From: Nitrosopumilus sp.
Lineage (GTDB): Archaea; Thermoproteota; Nitrososphaeria; Nitrososphaerales; Nitrosopumilaceae
Assembly (NCBI GenBank): GCA_003702545.1
Contig: REGK01000001.1
Coordinates: 1 to 58,201, forward strand
Length of the DNA stretch: 58,201 nucleotides
Direction: 5' to 3'
Shown: one piece after another, positions 10,578 through 20,988 of the stretch
Position numbering within the stretch: position 1 is the first letter of the stretch
How the letters are laid out: each line of letters begins with the position of its first letter
The notes under the pieces: model-generated
What the model saw: the letters and a program-made list of their open reading frames with translations, nothing else
Told to the model about the DNA's origin: nothing
Databases searched by the model: none
Position numbers and translations under genes: made by a program

Positions 10578-11135
10578 ATGCTTCCAAATGTTGAATCAAT
10601 AAAGCAAATGAGGCAAAAATTAGGAATCACTCAGAAAAAACTTGCCAGTATGGCAGGAGTCAGTACATCCATGATTAACCAAATAGAATCAGGAAGAAGT
10701 CAACCAAGCTATGAAACCGCAAAAAAAATTTTTGAGAATCTATCAAACTTGGAAAGTAGATCGTCATCTCACAAAGCAGGGGACTTTTGTAGTCAAGATA
10801 TTGTAAAGATGAAACCTTCCAACACACTACATGATGCAATTAAAAAAATGCATGAATTATCAATCAGTCAAATTCCAGTGTTTGATGGAAAAGAGATAGT
10901 AGGAGTTGTATCAGAAGATGGAATCGTCAAGCATCTTGCAGATGTGGGGGAGGCAGAATTAAAAAATGCAAAGCTTGCAGATACCATGGATCCAGTTCCA
11001 CCAATAGTAGACTTTGAAACACCTGCAAATGTACTTGTGCCGTTAATCAGATATTCAAAATGTATACTTGTAACAAAAAAATCAAAGGTAATAGGGATTA
11101 TTACTGCATCAGACACATTAAAGATGATGGAATGA
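10578..11135 (+). CDS. XRE-type HTH plus CBS-domain regulator
   Basis: N-terminal HTH (LGITQKKLA...INQIESG) followed by a CBS pair (ISQIPV...VGVVS; GIITASD). Confidence 0.9.
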   Translation: MLPNVESIKQMRQKLGITQKKLASMAGVSTSMINQIESGRSQPSYETAKKIFENLSNLESRSSSHKAGDFCSQDIVKMKPSNTLHDAIKKMHELSISQIPVFDGKEIVGVVSEDGIVKHLADVGEAELKNAKLADTMDPVPPIVDFETPANVLVPLIRYSKCILVTKKSKVIGIITASDTLKMME

Positions 11136-11149
11136 TTTTTTGATAGGTA

Positions 11150-11545
11150 TCACTTTGGATGTGCACATAGTTCAGCCAAAACACCATGAAGTGATTTTGG
11201 ATGAATAAAAGTAACTTTGGTTCCAGCAGAGCCAGGTCTAATTTTTCCTAGAAATTGAACACCACATCCCTCCATTCTTTCAACTTCACCTTCAATATTG
11301 TTAGTTTCAAGTGCCATATGATGTAGTCCTTGACCTTTTTTCTCTAAGAATTTTTTAATTGGACTGTTATCATTTGTTGGTTGCATTAATTCAACACGAC
11401 CATTCTCCAAATGAATAATTGCAACTTTAACGCCTTCAGATTCTACGGTCTCAAATTCTACAGAATCAACACCTAATGCTTCTTTGTAGATTTTAGCAGA
11501 CTCTTCAACATCATTTACTGCAATTGCAATATGGTCAATCTTCAT
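11150..11545 (-). CDS. mce: Methylmalonyl-CoA epimerase
   Basis: IDHIAIAV, GLHHMA, FIHPKSLHGVLAEL; adjacent to the mutase. Confidence 0.95.
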   Translation of the reverse strand: MKIDHIAIAVNDVEESAKIYKEALGVDSVEFETVESEGVKVAIIHLENGRVELMQPTNDNSPIKKFLEKKGQGLHHMALETNNIEGEVERMEGCGVQFLGKIRPGSAGTKVTFIHPKSLHGVLAELCAHPK

Positions 11546-13144
11546 CTAAAATACCTCCTTTGGACGATACTCACCAAATACTTCACGGAATGCATTACTA
11601 ATTTCACCTGTAGTTGCAAAAGATTTTGCTGCAGAAATAATGTATGGCATCAAGTTCTCATCAGTATCAGCTGCACTTTGCATTGCAGATAATGCCTTTT
11701 CCCATTTGTTTTTGTCTCTTGATGAACGTAATTGTTTTAGTGCTTTTTTCTGTTGAATCTCGACCTTACCACCGATTCTAAGTAGTTCTGGTTGTTCTTC
11801 TTCTTCAGCATACTTGTTTACACCAACCAGAATTCTTTCTCCATCATCAGTTTCTTTCTTTAAGCGATAGGCATTTTGTCTAATCTCAGATTGGAAGAAT
11901 CCTTTCTCAATTGCTTTAACAGATCCTCCCATCTTCTGAATTTTCTTAAGATATTTCCATACACCGTCTTCGATTTGGTCAGTTAGTTCTTCAAGATAAT
12001 ATGAGCCACCAAGTGGATCGGCAGTCTTTGTTACTCCACTCTCATGGGCAACAATTTGCTGTGTTCTCAAGGCTATTTTTGCAGATTCCTGAGTTGGGAG
12101 TGCCAATGCCTCATCTCTAGAGTTTGTGTGTAATGATTGTGTACCGCCAGCAACTGCAGCCATTGTTTGGATAGCAACACGAATAATGTTGTTATCAGGT
12201 TGCTGGGCAGTCAATGACTCACCACTAGTTTGAGTATGGAATTTTAGCTGTAATGATTTTGGGTTTTTTGCATGGAACATTTCTTTGAGAATCTTGGCAT
12301 AAACTTTTCTTGCAGCTCTGAACTTTGCGACTTCTTCAAAGAATTCTATTGTACAACAGAAGAAAAATGATAAACGAGGTGCAAAGTCATCAATCTTTAG
12401 TCCTTTATCCAAACAAGTTTGAATGTATGCAATAGCATTTGCCAAAGTAAATGCAACTTCTTGTGTTGCAGTACATCCTGCTTCTCTCATGTGATATCCA
12501 GAAATGGATACAGGATACCATGAAGGAACATTTTCGGCACAATATCCAATCATATCACCAATTAATCTCATTGAAGGTTGTGGAGGATAGATGTAGGTAT
12601 TTCTTGCAATGTATTCTTTGAGAATGTCATTTTGAGTTGTTCCACGTAGATCATGGCTTTTGAATCCTTGAGATTCTCCAACTGCAATATAGTATGCAAG
12701 TAATGTTGATGCAGTTGAGTTGATTGTCATTGAAGAGCTGACCTTTCCAAGAGGAATTCCATCAAATGCAGTCATCATATCTTTAATTGAGGTAATAGAA
12801 ACTCCAACTTTGCCAACTTCACCTTCTGCTTGCGGTGCATCAGAGTCATATCCAATTTGTGTAGGAAGATCAAATGCCATAGAAAGACCAGTCTGACCTT
12901 TTTCAAGCATGAATTTGAAACGCTCGTTTGTAAGTTTGGCATCACCAAATCCAGAGTATTGTCTCATAGTCCAGAATCGATCACGGAACATTCCAGGATG
13001 AATTCCACGTGTAAATGGGTATTTACCAGAATCTTCTTTTACTCTCTTCTTTGCAGATTTTTGATAAATTCGTTTTACTGGGAAATTAGAATCAGTAAAG
13101 ACTTTTTTTTCAGGTTGTTTTGGTTTTGATTTTTTTGCTGCCAT
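11546..13144 (-). CDS. mcmA: Methylmalonyl-CoA mutase, large subunit
   Basis: YPFTRG, WTMRQYSGF, GTTQNDILKEY, SISGYHMREAG, QSLHTN. Confidence 0.96.
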   Translation of the reverse strand: MAAKKSKPKQPEKKVFTDSNFPVKRIYQKSAKKRVKEDSGKYPFTRGIHPGMFRDRFWTMRQYSGFGDAKLTNERFKFMLEKGQTGLSMAFDLPTQIGYDSDAPQAEGEVGKVGVSITSIKDMMTAFDGIPLGKVSSSMTINSTASTLLAYYIAVGESQGFKSHDLRGTTQNDILKEYIARNTYIYPPQPSMRLIGDMIGYCAENVPSWYPVSISGYHMREAGCTATQEVAFTLANAIAYIQTCLDKGLKIDDFAPRLSFFFCCTIEFFEEVAKFRAARKVYAKILKEMFHAKNPKSLQLKFHTQTSGESLTAQQPDNNIIRVAIQTMAAVAGGTQSLHTNSRDEALALPTQESAKIALRTQQIVAHESGVTKTADPLGGSYYLEELTDQIEDGVWKYLKKIQKMGGSVKAIEKGFFQSEIRQNAYRLKKETDDGERILVGVNKYAEEEEQPELLRIGGKVEIQQKKALKQLRSSRDKNKWEKALSAMQSAADTDENLMPYIISAAKSFATTGEISNAFREVFGEYRPKEVF

Positions 13145-13151
13145 AATTTTC

Positions 13152-14069
13152 TCACTTTAACATTGATTTTGTAATTTTATCTCCTGCATCAAATGGGTCT
13201 ATATCTTTTGATTGTAATTTTTTGAGATATTTTGAAAAGGTTTTATCAGAATCCAACATATCATCAATCTTTTCTCGTACGTTATTTAAAACGATATCTT
13301 TTAGCTCTGCCTCTAATCGTTCTTGATCTTTTTGTTTCTTGGATTTCTTTTTTAATGCCATCATATTTTTGAGAGTTTTGGCAAATTCTGTTATTCCAGT
13401 GTTCTTTTTTACCGAAGTCTTGAGAATTGCGGGATTTCTGTCAGAATCCCCAATAAAATCACGAACTGCATCAAATAGTTGGTTTGTTCCACTAAGATCA
13501 CTTTTGTTTACAAGATAGACATCACCAATTTCGGTAAGACCAGCTTTAATTGTTTGAATGCTATCTCCAGTGTTTGGATTAAAGACCACTACAGTAATAT
13601 CGGCAATGTTTGAGATTTCTACTTCAGTTTGCCCAGCTCCAACACTTTCAATGATAATTGGGTTAAATCCAGCATACTCTAAAACACGAATGCTATTTCG
13701 AAGGGAACGAGAAACTGCACCTGTTGCACCTCGAGATGCAATGCTGCGTATGTAAGTTCCAGAGTCAGTTGATTCAGTCATTCTAACCCTATCACCCAAA
13801 ATTGCTCCACCAGTAACATGACTAGTTGGATCTACTGCTAAAACTGCAGGTTTTGTGCCTAGTTTTTTCATTGCAACTGCAGTTTTGTTAATCAGAGAGC
13901 TTTTCCCAGCACCTGCAGGACCAGTGATTCCGATAATGATAGATGTTCCGGTATTTTTGAAAATTTTCTTTAAGAGTTTCTTTGATTCTTTTTGATCATT
14001 TTCAACTATGGTGATAGCTTTTGCAATTGCTCCACGTTTTCCTTTCTTTAAATCAACAAGCAAATCCAA
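13152..14069 (-). CDS. meaB: MeaB/ArgK GTPase chaperone of the mutase
   Basis: GITGPAGAGKS, AVDPTS, GDRVRM, ESVGAGQ, VNKSD. Confidence 0.94.
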   Translation of the reverse strand: MDLLVDLKKGKRGAIAKAITIVENDQKESKKLLKKIFKNTGTSIIIGITGPAGAGKSSLINKTAVAMKKLGTKPAVLAVDPTSHVTGGAILGDRVRMTESTDSGTYIRSIASRGATGAVSRSLRNSIRVLEYAGFNPIIIESVGAGQTEVEISNIADITVVVFNPNTGDSIQTIKAGLTEIGDVYLVNKSDLSGTNQLFDAVRDFIGDSDRNPAILKTSVKKNTGITEFAKTLKNMMALKKKSKKQKDQERLEAELKDIVLNNVREKIDDMLDSDKTFSKYLKKLQSKDIDPFDAGDKITKSMLK

Positions 14070-14112
14070 TACAAAGTATTCTTTAGAGGTGCAATAAAAT
14101 CTTGTATGTGAT

Positions 14113-14520
14113 CTAAGGTCTGGAATATATCACAGGAGCAGAAGGCTCACCCATGGGACGTATTTCTGTCTTTAATTGAACATGTCCTAGTTCAGGATGT
14201 TCAATCTCTAAAACAACTGGATGAATTTCCCAACCATATTTTGGCGTATTAGTGAATGGGACAATTTCTATAAAATGAGAGTCAGAAAATGATTTTTGAA
14301 ATGTCTCTTCCATTCCAAGAATTTCCATTACTACTGAATCAGTTTTTTCAGATTTGTCCACATATTCAATTTCCACATGTCCAGTATCATAGTATATCGC
14401 ATTTACTTGAAAGGTCTGACGAAGTTCATCTTTATCATCAGAGCCGCCTCCAGTTAACAGCACTATTGCAAGAACAGTGAATACTCCAAGAAATATTGGG
14501 GAGAGGAGTTTTCTTGCCAT
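14113..14520 (-). CDS. Membrane-anchored hypothetical protein
   Basis: N-terminal hydrophobic helix; starts 1 nt after the peptidase stop. Confidence 0.7.
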   Translation of the reverse strand: MARKLLSPIFLGVFTVLAIVLLTGGGSDDKDELRQTFQVNAIYYDTGHVEIEYVDKSEKTDSVVMEILGMEETFQKSFSDSHFIEIVPFTNTPKYGWEIHPVVLEIEHPELGHVQLKTEIRPMGEPSAPVIYSRP

Positions 14521-14521
14521 A

Positions 14522-17014
14522 TTACTTGAATTCTTTTCTCATTTGACGCAAAAACTTTGAGTGAATTCTAATTTTTTCGATTGTTTGGGCCTGAGTTCTT
14601 TCAGTTCCGGGTGTAGGATTGGATTTGAAAAATGATTTGATGTCTTTTTCCATCGAATCATCTGCAACTAGAGCAATACTGGCTACAATTCTATTAAACA
14701 GAGGATTACCGTGTCCAACTTTCTTGCTAAGTTTACCCCAATTCTTCTTGAGCCAAGGCCAAAGAATCTTCTTACCATATGGATTTGCAGCGATTCTCAT
14801 GATAGGCAACTGCATGTTTTGAGAGCGGACCTCAGATGTTTGAGAGAACTGTAATGTTTTGATGAGTAGTTTTTCATTTTGGAAACTACACATTGCCCCC
14901 AAGAATCGCAATTTCTCTTCAGTGGTTTTTGCTTTTTTGTATAATTTTACTAATTGAGAATGAGTCTTTGCATTACCAGTCCATGCGACTAGAGAAAATA
15001 CGGATTCTCGAATATCAGGATGTAATGAAGAAGGATTTTTCAAGAATTCTTTGAATTTAATTTGCGCTTGTTCAATAACACGTTCATCACCATACTTACC
15101 TAATGCAAATATTGCAAATCCTCTCATAAATGCATCAGTATGTTTATCTGTTTTTTTAGGAGTCCATCCAAGATCAGCTAAAATCTTTCTAAAGTAATTG
15201 ATTGCATAACTTCTGATTTGTTCAGTATAATCTTCAAAGAAAGTCAATGAGGCTAAAGAGTTTAGGTTGCTTGCGACATTTGTTTGTGGCAGATAAGAAT
15301 CTTCATCAAAATATGCATCAGAGAAATCCAGATAATTTTCTACATCTTCTTTTCCTGCAACACACAATGCAAACAAATCATTTTGAATTGCCCATCTATC
15401 AACATGAGTGATCTGTTTTTGATCAACTAGCATTTTTAGATCAAGTAAAATGCCATCATCGTATTTTACACGATAAAATCCAGTTCGACCAATGTTTGCT
15501 ACAAATCCGGGTCCCTTAGGAGCTTTGACAGTTAGAGATTTTTTTGTTAAGAGTTTTGTTTTGGTTTCTTTTCCTAAACCATAGGTAATTGGAACATGCC
15601 ATAGTCCCTTCTGTGTTTTTTTAGTTGGCTCCATCAAAAAGCGATTTTGTCGTAAAACCAAATCATTGTTCTTTTGAGAAATATCGATTTGAGGGAATCC
15701 AGGTTGTTTTAGCCAAGTATTGACCATGGAACTAACAGGCATTTTGGAGGCCTTGCCGATTGCATCCCATAAATCCTGACCCTTGGCATTTCCATACTTG
15801 AATGTGGAGAGATATTTCTTGAGACCTGCTCTAAAGTTTTTCTCGCCAACATAATGTTCAAGCATTCTCAAAACACATCCACCTTTATCATAAGATATAG
15901 CATCAAAGATTTCTCTAATTTCAGCAGGAGAGTTTACCTTAACATCAATAGGGTGCGTTGTTTTAAGAGCATCTAACCCCATTGCAGTATTCATTGCATC
16001 TTCAATGAATTGATCCCAGAGGTTCCATTCAGGATAAAATTTGTCAACAAACTTTGTTGCCATAAATGTTGCAAAACTTTCGTTAAGCCACAAATCATTC
16101 CACCATTTCATAGTTACAAGATTACCAAACCATTGATGTGCAATTTCGTGAGAAATTACTTCGGCAATGAATTGTTTTGTTCTAGTAGAAGATGTTTTAG
16201 GATCATAAAGTAGAATTGTTTCTCTAAATGTTATTGCACCCCAGTTCTCCATAGCCCCTGCTGCAAAGTCAGGGATTGCAATTAGATCTAATTTAGGTAA
16301 GGGATACTTTATTCCAAAATATTTTTCATAGGATGTTAGTAATTTCTTTCCTAAATCTAGAGAGTATTTTCCTTTTGATTTGTTTCCTTTTGTTGTTACA
16401 ACTCTAATCTGAACTTTACCAGTTTTACTAGTTAGGTATTCAAATTCACCAACTCCAAGATAAATCAAATAAGTAGAAACAACTGGTGTTTTCCCAAATT
16501 TGTAAAGTGTTTTGCTTTTGAGTTTCTTCTTTGATTGAACTGGCATGTTTGAGATTGCAGTGAATTTGTTTTCAGCAATAATTGAAATCTGAAATGTTGC
16601 CTTTGCCTCAGGCTCATCCCAGCACGGAAATGCACGTCTTGCGTCAGCTGCTTCAAATTGAGTGGTTGCAAGATATTTTGTTTTTCCACCTTGTTTGTAT
16701 TGGCTACGATAAAATCCTAATAATCGGTCATTAAGAATTCCTTGAAACTCTAGATGAATTGTTGCTTTTCCTTTAATTTTTTCTCCTAGTCGAATTGATA
16801 GTTGCTCTTTTTTCTCATCAGTTTTTGGGATTGATTTGATGATTTTAGATCCAGATTTGACTGTACAAGATTTTACTTTAATTTCTGCGCAGTCCATGCG
16901 GATAAGATTAGTTGATTTGTTACAAGAGACTGTAATAATTTCAGTTCCCAAGAAGACGAATTTTTTTAGATCTGGCTCAAATGTTAACTCATAATTTATG
17001 GGATTAACGTCCAC
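14522..17014 (-). CDS. M1 family aminopeptidase
   Basis: GAMENWG, HEIAH-x18-E (WLNESFA), YDKG. Confidence 0.96.
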   Translation of the reverse strand: MDVNPINYELTFEPDLKKFVFLGTEIITVSCNKSTNLIRMDCAEIKVKSCTVKSGSKIIKSIPKTDEKKEQLSIRLGEKIKGKATIHLEFQGILNDRLLGFYRSQYKQGGKTKYLATTQFEAADARRAFPCWDEPEAKATFQISIIAENKFTAISNMPVQSKKKLKSKTLYKFGKTPVVSTYLIYLGVGEFEYLTSKTGKVQIRVVTTKGNKSKGKYSLDLGKKLLTSYEKYFGIKYPLPKLDLIAIPDFAAGAMENWGAITFRETILLYDPKTSSTRTKQFIAEVISHEIAHQWFGNLVTMKWWNDLWLNESFATFMATKFVDKFYPEWNLWDQFIEDAMNTAMGLDALKTTHPIDVKVNSPAEIREIFDAISYDKGGCVLRMLEHYVGEKNFRAGLKKYLSTFKYGNAKGQDLWDAIGKASKMPVSSMVNTWLKQPGFPQIDISQKNNDLVLRQNRFLMEPTKKTQKGLWHVPITYGLGKETKTKLLTKKSLTVKAPKGPGFVANIGRTGFYRVKYDDGILLDLKMLVDQKQITHVDRWAIQNDLFALCVAGKEDVENYLDFSDAYFDEDSYLPQTNVASNLNSLASLTFFEDYTEQIRSYAINYFRKILADLGWTPKKTDKHTDAFMRGFAIFALGKYGDERVIEQAQIKFKEFLKNPSSLHPDIRESVFSLVAWTGNAKTHSQLVKLYKKAKTTEEKLRFLGAMCSFQNEKLLIKTLQFSQTSEVRSQNMQLPIMRIAANPYGKKILWPWLKKNWGKLSKKVGHGNPLFNRIVASIALVADDSMEKDIKSFFKSNPTPGTERTQAQTIEKIRIHSKFLRQMRKEFK

Positions 17015-17114
17015 GATTGAGGTGATTTTGATACTCTTTAAGTAGATTTTCTATTAAAATGCAAATCAAAAATCAAATAAAGCCTTTAAAATATACCAAA
17101 TAACGAGTAAAAAC

Positions 17115-17537
17115 ATGAAACAAAAAGCACAATCAAGAAACATCAAGATTCTAGTTGCAAAATTAGGCCTTGACGGACATGATAGAGGAGCACTTGTTTT
17201 GTGTAGAGCATTTAGAGATGCAGGAATGGAAGTAATCTATTCAGGACTTTTCGCAACTCCAGAAAGAGTAGCACAGATTGCAGAAGATGAAGATGTTGAT
17301 GCAATTGCAATGAGTCTACTTAATGGAGCACATGGAACATTATTCCCAAGAGTAGTCAAAGCCCTAAAAAAGAAAAAGATCAACGACGTCCTAGTTGTTG
17401 GCGGAGGAGTAATTCCAGAAATTGATCATAAAGATTTGATCAAAGCAGGAGTGGACAATGTATTTGGACCAGGAACACCATTACCCACAATTATTGATCA
17501 TATCAATACCGGTGTAGGTAAATTAAGAAAAATATAA
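17115..17537 (+). CDS. mcmB: Methylmalonyl-CoA mutase, cobalamin-binding small subunit
   Basis: AKLGLDGHDRG (DxHxxG), SLL, VGGGVIP, FGPGT. Confidence 0.95.
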   Translation: MKQKAQSRNIKILVAKLGLDGHDRGALVLCRAFRDAGMEVIYSGLFATPERVAQIAEDEDVDAIAMSLLNGAHGTLFPRVVKALKKKKINDVLVVGGGVIPEIDHKDLIKAGVDNVFGPGTPLPTIIDHINTGVGKLRKI

Positions 17538-17547
17538 GAAAAAAGAA

Positions 17548-18546
17548 TTATTCTGTGGAATCAGGCCACATCATTTTACGCATTTCTTTACCAACTTTTT
17601 CAATTTGGTGTTCGTCATATTGTTTCATGTATTTATCAAATGCATCTTTGCCGTTCTTCTGATATTCAGAAATCCACTCGTTGTTGAATGTGCCATCTTG
17701 AATCATGGTTAGAACTTTTTTCATGTTCTCTTTGTTTGCAGAATCCATAACCATTGGTCCACGGGTCAAACCACCATATCTTGCAGTTTCACTTACACGT
17801 CTCCACATTCCATTGATACCATATCTTTGAATCATATCTACAATGAGTTTTAGTTCATGTAAGACTTCAAAGTATGCAATTTCTGGTTGATATCCTGCTT
17901 CAACTAGAGTTTCAAATGCATTTGTTACCATAGAAGCTGCACCACCACAAAGGTCTGCTTGCTCACCAAACCAATCAGTTTCCACTTCTTCTTTGAAAGC
18001 AGTTTTAATTAATCCGGCTCTTGCACTTCCGATTGCTTTTGCAATTCCCAATGTTCTATCCCAAGCTTTTCCTGTAAAGTCTTGCTCAACTGCAACAATA
18101 GCTGGAGTTCCAAAATTATCAAGATATGTTTCTCTTACTTTGGAGCCAGGTCCTTTTGGTGCAATCATGATTAAATCAACATTGTTTGGAGCTTCAATCC
18201 ATTTCCAATAGATTGCAGCTGCATGAGAAAATGACAATGCTTTTCCTTCAGAAAGATTTGGTCCGATTTCATCTTTGTAGACTTGACCTTGAATCATATC
18301 TGGAATCAAGATGTGAATAATGTCTGCTTGTTTTGTTGCATCAGCTACTGACATTACCTTGTGACCATCAGCTTGGGCTTTTTTCCAGCTATTACCGCCT
18401 TCTTTGAGACCAATAATCACATTAAGACCAGAGTCTTTCATGTTGTTAGCCTGTGCGTCACCTTGGATTCCATAACCAATTACAGCAACGGTTTGATCTT
18501 TAATTGGATCAAGACTGATATCGGTATCTTTCCATGTTTGTGCCAT
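17548..18546 (-). CDS. ilvC: Ketol-acid reductoisomerase
   Basis: GYGIQG, APKGPG, ETDWFGEQ, AYFEVLHE, SETARYG. Confidence 0.97.
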   Translation of the reverse strand: MAQTWKDTDISLDPIKDQTVAVIGYGIQGDAQANNMKDSGLNVIIGLKEGGNSWKKAQADGHKVMSVADATKQADIIHILIPDMIQGQVYKDEIGPNLSEGKALSFSHAAAIYWKWIEAPNNVDLIMIAPKGPGSKVRETYLDNFGTPAIVAVEQDFTGKAWDRTLGIAKAIGSARAGLIKTAFKEEVETDWFGEQADLCGGAASMVTNAFETLVEAGYQPEIAYFEVLHELKLIVDMIQRYGINGMWRRVSETARYGGLTRGPMVMDSANKENMKKVLTMIQDGTFNNEWISEYQKNGKDAFDKYMKQYDEHQIEKVGKEMRKMMWPDSTE

Positions 18547-18585
18547 ATCTTTGGCAGATTCTATTGCAAATATTAACTATGAAAC

Positions 18586-18705
18586 CTAGATTTCAAGGAT
18601 TTTTTCACATGAACGACATTTTACAGTTACCTTGTCTCCGGGTAATCTAATGAATCTCTTTGACCCACATTCAGGACAAATGGGGCAAGCACGTACAGGT
18701 TCCAT
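18586..18705 (-). CDS. 39-aa CPxCG-type zinc-finger microprotein
   Basis: Manual translation MEPVRACPICPECGSKRFIRLPGDKVTVKCRSCEKILEI; TAATG coupling with the upstream nadM stop. Confidence 0.75.
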   Translation of the reverse strand: MEPVRACPICPECGSKRFIRLPGDKVTVKCRSCEKILEI

Positions 18706-19235
18706 TAGTGTTTGGTGGGATTGGTATCAGATTTAGAAATTACGGATAGTCTATGTTTTGCATCAATCTTTGTTAGAAATTCATAAACGGCATTTGGAAC
18801 AGAGTCTTTCCAGTTTTCATCAGAAATTATCATGGAGCGAATTTTAGTTGCATTGAATTGTTCTCTGTCTAGAAATTCAGGTTTTACAACAGTTATTCCC
18901 GAATCAGCTAAAAGCATGGAGACATAATCATTGCCACTATACACTTTATCAAAATGAGGCAATGCAGATTGTAGATAGGAACTCCATGTTGCAATGTTAA
19001 ACTGATTCTCAATAGAGGTGACAAAACATTTTTTCAAATCAAAGTTTGCTTCCTTTAAAGAATTATGAATCATTTCAATTCTTTCACCAGCAGTAAAAGG
19101 ATCTTTTTCTAAATAATTGAATTGAGCACTGGTAATTGCAATAATTACTTCATCGCATTGATCAAGAATTTGTTTTGCCAATTCTAAATGACCCAAATGA
19201 AAAGGCTGAAACCTCCCCATCATTAATCCGCGCAT
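18705..19235 (-). CDS. nadM: Nicotinamide-nucleotide adenylyltransferase
   Basis: GRFQPFHLGH, PFTAGER, ATKIR. Confidence 0.93.
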   Translation of the reverse strand: MRGLMMGRFQPFHLGHLELAKQILDQCDEVIIAITSAQFNYLEKDPFTAGERIEMIHNSLKEANFDLKKCFVTSIENQFNIATWSSYLQSALPHFDKVYSGNDYVSMLLADSGITVVKPEFLDREQFNATKIRSMIISDENWKDSVPNAVYEFLTKIDAKHRLSVISKSDTNPTKH

Positions 19236-19269
19236 ACAAAATGGACAAATTTGATTTTATTAAACTAGA

Positions 19270-20190
19270 CTATTTGATTTGGCCACTACCAAGTATTCGA
19301 ATTGTGGGAGATTCAGGTTTTAAGATAATTGCAATTTGTCCAGATTTGCACACAATTGGTTTTTCAAAAGCAAGTTTTAGTGGAGATATTGAAGTAAATT
19401 TTGCAGCTTTGATTTGCAGTCCAATATTTACTAAACATCCTTGATTTTCTGCAATATCACTTTTGTAAAAAGGACTTTTCTGAAAATCAATTTCAATTTC
19501 TGTTTTAATATCAACAACTCCTTCTTCACAGATGACATCTCCACGTCCAACTTCATCAGGTTTAGCACCTTTTACTGCCAAACCAACTCTTGCAGGACAT
19601 ATTGATTCTTCAACGGGGTCATCATGCATTTGAATTGATTTTATGAGCACATCAATTCCGGCAGGATAGAGTTTCAGATTGTCATATTGTTTTACTTTGC
19701 CATTAGTGACCTTTCCCAAAATTACTGTTCCAACACCCTTGACATCAAAACAGTGGTCTATGACCATTTCAGAAGAACCATCAGTCGAAATGGGTTCAAG
19801 TTTATCCATCTCTTCTTTGATTTTATCCTGATCAACTTTGACATAGTTTTCAACAACAGTACCCTTGATCATTGCATCTAGTTTTGATTCATCTACATCA
19901 AATGTATGGGATAAGATTCCTTTTTCTTTTTTTAGAGAATCAAGTGCAATGATTTGCTCCCCCGTGAATTTATCTAATTTATCCACATAAAGAATCACAT
20001 ATTCTGCAAGATTAATTGCCTGAAACAAAGGCTGTATTTTATCAGGAAATCCACTAGGCGCAACCCATGTTTTGATAATGTCAGATTCCTTTCTATCATA
20101 AAGAGTAAGATCAGTTTCAGTTCCTTTTTTACCAAATTCAGATGCAATGTCTTGTTTTCCTAAAACTACAAAGTTAACGGATTTTACCAC
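19270..20190 (-). CDS. SelB-like/EF-Tu-related protein with a degenerate G domain
   Basis: EF-Tu domain II pattern IDHCFDVKGVGTVILG...IKSIQMH...RVGLA; no canonical GxxxxGKS/T. Confidence 0.8.
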   Translation of the reverse strand: MVKSVNFVVLGKQDIASEFGKKGTETDLTLYDRKESDIIKTWVAPSGFPDKIQPLFQAINLAEYVILYVDKLDKFTGEQIIALDSLKKEKGILSHTFDVDESKLDAMIKGTVVENYVKVDQDKIKEEMDKLEPISTDGSSEMVIDHCFDVKGVGTVILGKVTNGKVKQYDNLKLYPAGIDVLIKSIQMHDDPVEESICPARVGLAVKGAKPDEVGRGDVICEEGVVDIKTEIEIDFQKSPFYKSDIAENQGCLVNIGLQIKAAKFTSISPLKLAFEKPIVCKSGQIAIILKPESPTIRILGSGQIK

Positions 20191-20234
20191 AATGAAATTT
20201 TAGAATTAGGCACTAAAAACTATACGAAATGGTT

Positions 20235-20987
20235 CTAGGGAAATGTGTTTAGGACAGCAGCATAGCTAGCAAATCTATGATTTTTTGGTTTGAGCAGTTT
20301 TTGATGATATTTTTTGATAGGTTTGCCAATTGCGCCATTAAGACCCAAAGGTCCTAAGACATACTTTTTGTCATCAGCCCAAATTAGAACTTCATCAGAT
20401 GGGGCATAGTGATTTAGAATTTTTTTATCTACAACAGTTTGAAGAAGTTTGCCATATTTTTTTGAAGATGGAACATCTTCAGTAATAGAGGCGCCAAAGA
20501 AATAGACGCTTTCTACTATTCCAGAATTTTCTTTCTTTTTACCAAGATACTCAATCGTACTAAGAATCACTTGAGAGCCTAGAGAATGCCCCATTAATCG
20601 TATCTTTGTTTTTGGGCTAGATTCTTTAAAATCTTCAATGAATTTTCCAAGATTTCTGCCGTTCTTTTTAGCGATACTTTGCCCTACAGCTAAAGCATGC
20701 TTTGCATGTTTTATCAAATGAGCACCAGTAGTGTTTGAGTCATAACTAAATCCAATAACAGGATGAGAGTATCCCAATTTACGCAGTCTATTACGTGCCA
20801 AAACTGCTTTTGCAATAGCACCAGCATTATCATTTCTCAGACCATGAATCATTATGGTTAATTCTTTAGAATCAATTAATTTTTGAAAGTCTTTTTTTGG
20901 GTAAAGATAGTAATTATTTTTCTTTAGAGTTTTACCAGTTCTTAGATCATAGTATCCCCTAGTTGAAATTCTTGGAACAGGCTTCAT
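20235..20987 (-). CDS. Alpha/beta hydrolase (DUF726/DUF900-like)
   Basis: IHG oxyanion motif, GHSLG nucleophile elbow, C-terminal His. Confidence 0.75.
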   Translation of the reverse strand: MKPVPRISTRGYYDLRTGKTLKKNNYYLYPKKDFQKLIDSKELTIMIHGLRNDNAGAIAKAVLARNRLRKLGYSHPVIGFSYDSNTTGAHLIKHAKHALAVGQSIAKKNGRNLGKFIEDFKESSPKTKIRLMGHSLGSQVILSTIEYLGKKKENSGIVESVYFFGASITEDVPSSKKYGKLLQTVVDKKILNHYAPSDEVLIWADDKKYVLGPLGLNGAIGKPIKKYHQKLLKPKNHRFASYAAVLNTFP

Positions 20988-20988
20988 T

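Noticed and set aside
20205-20220. TTAGGCACTAA motif-like sequence (similar weak matches near 24305 and 35980)
   Set aside because: Poor match to the consensus and not at the 18-20 nt position upstream of a TATA box.
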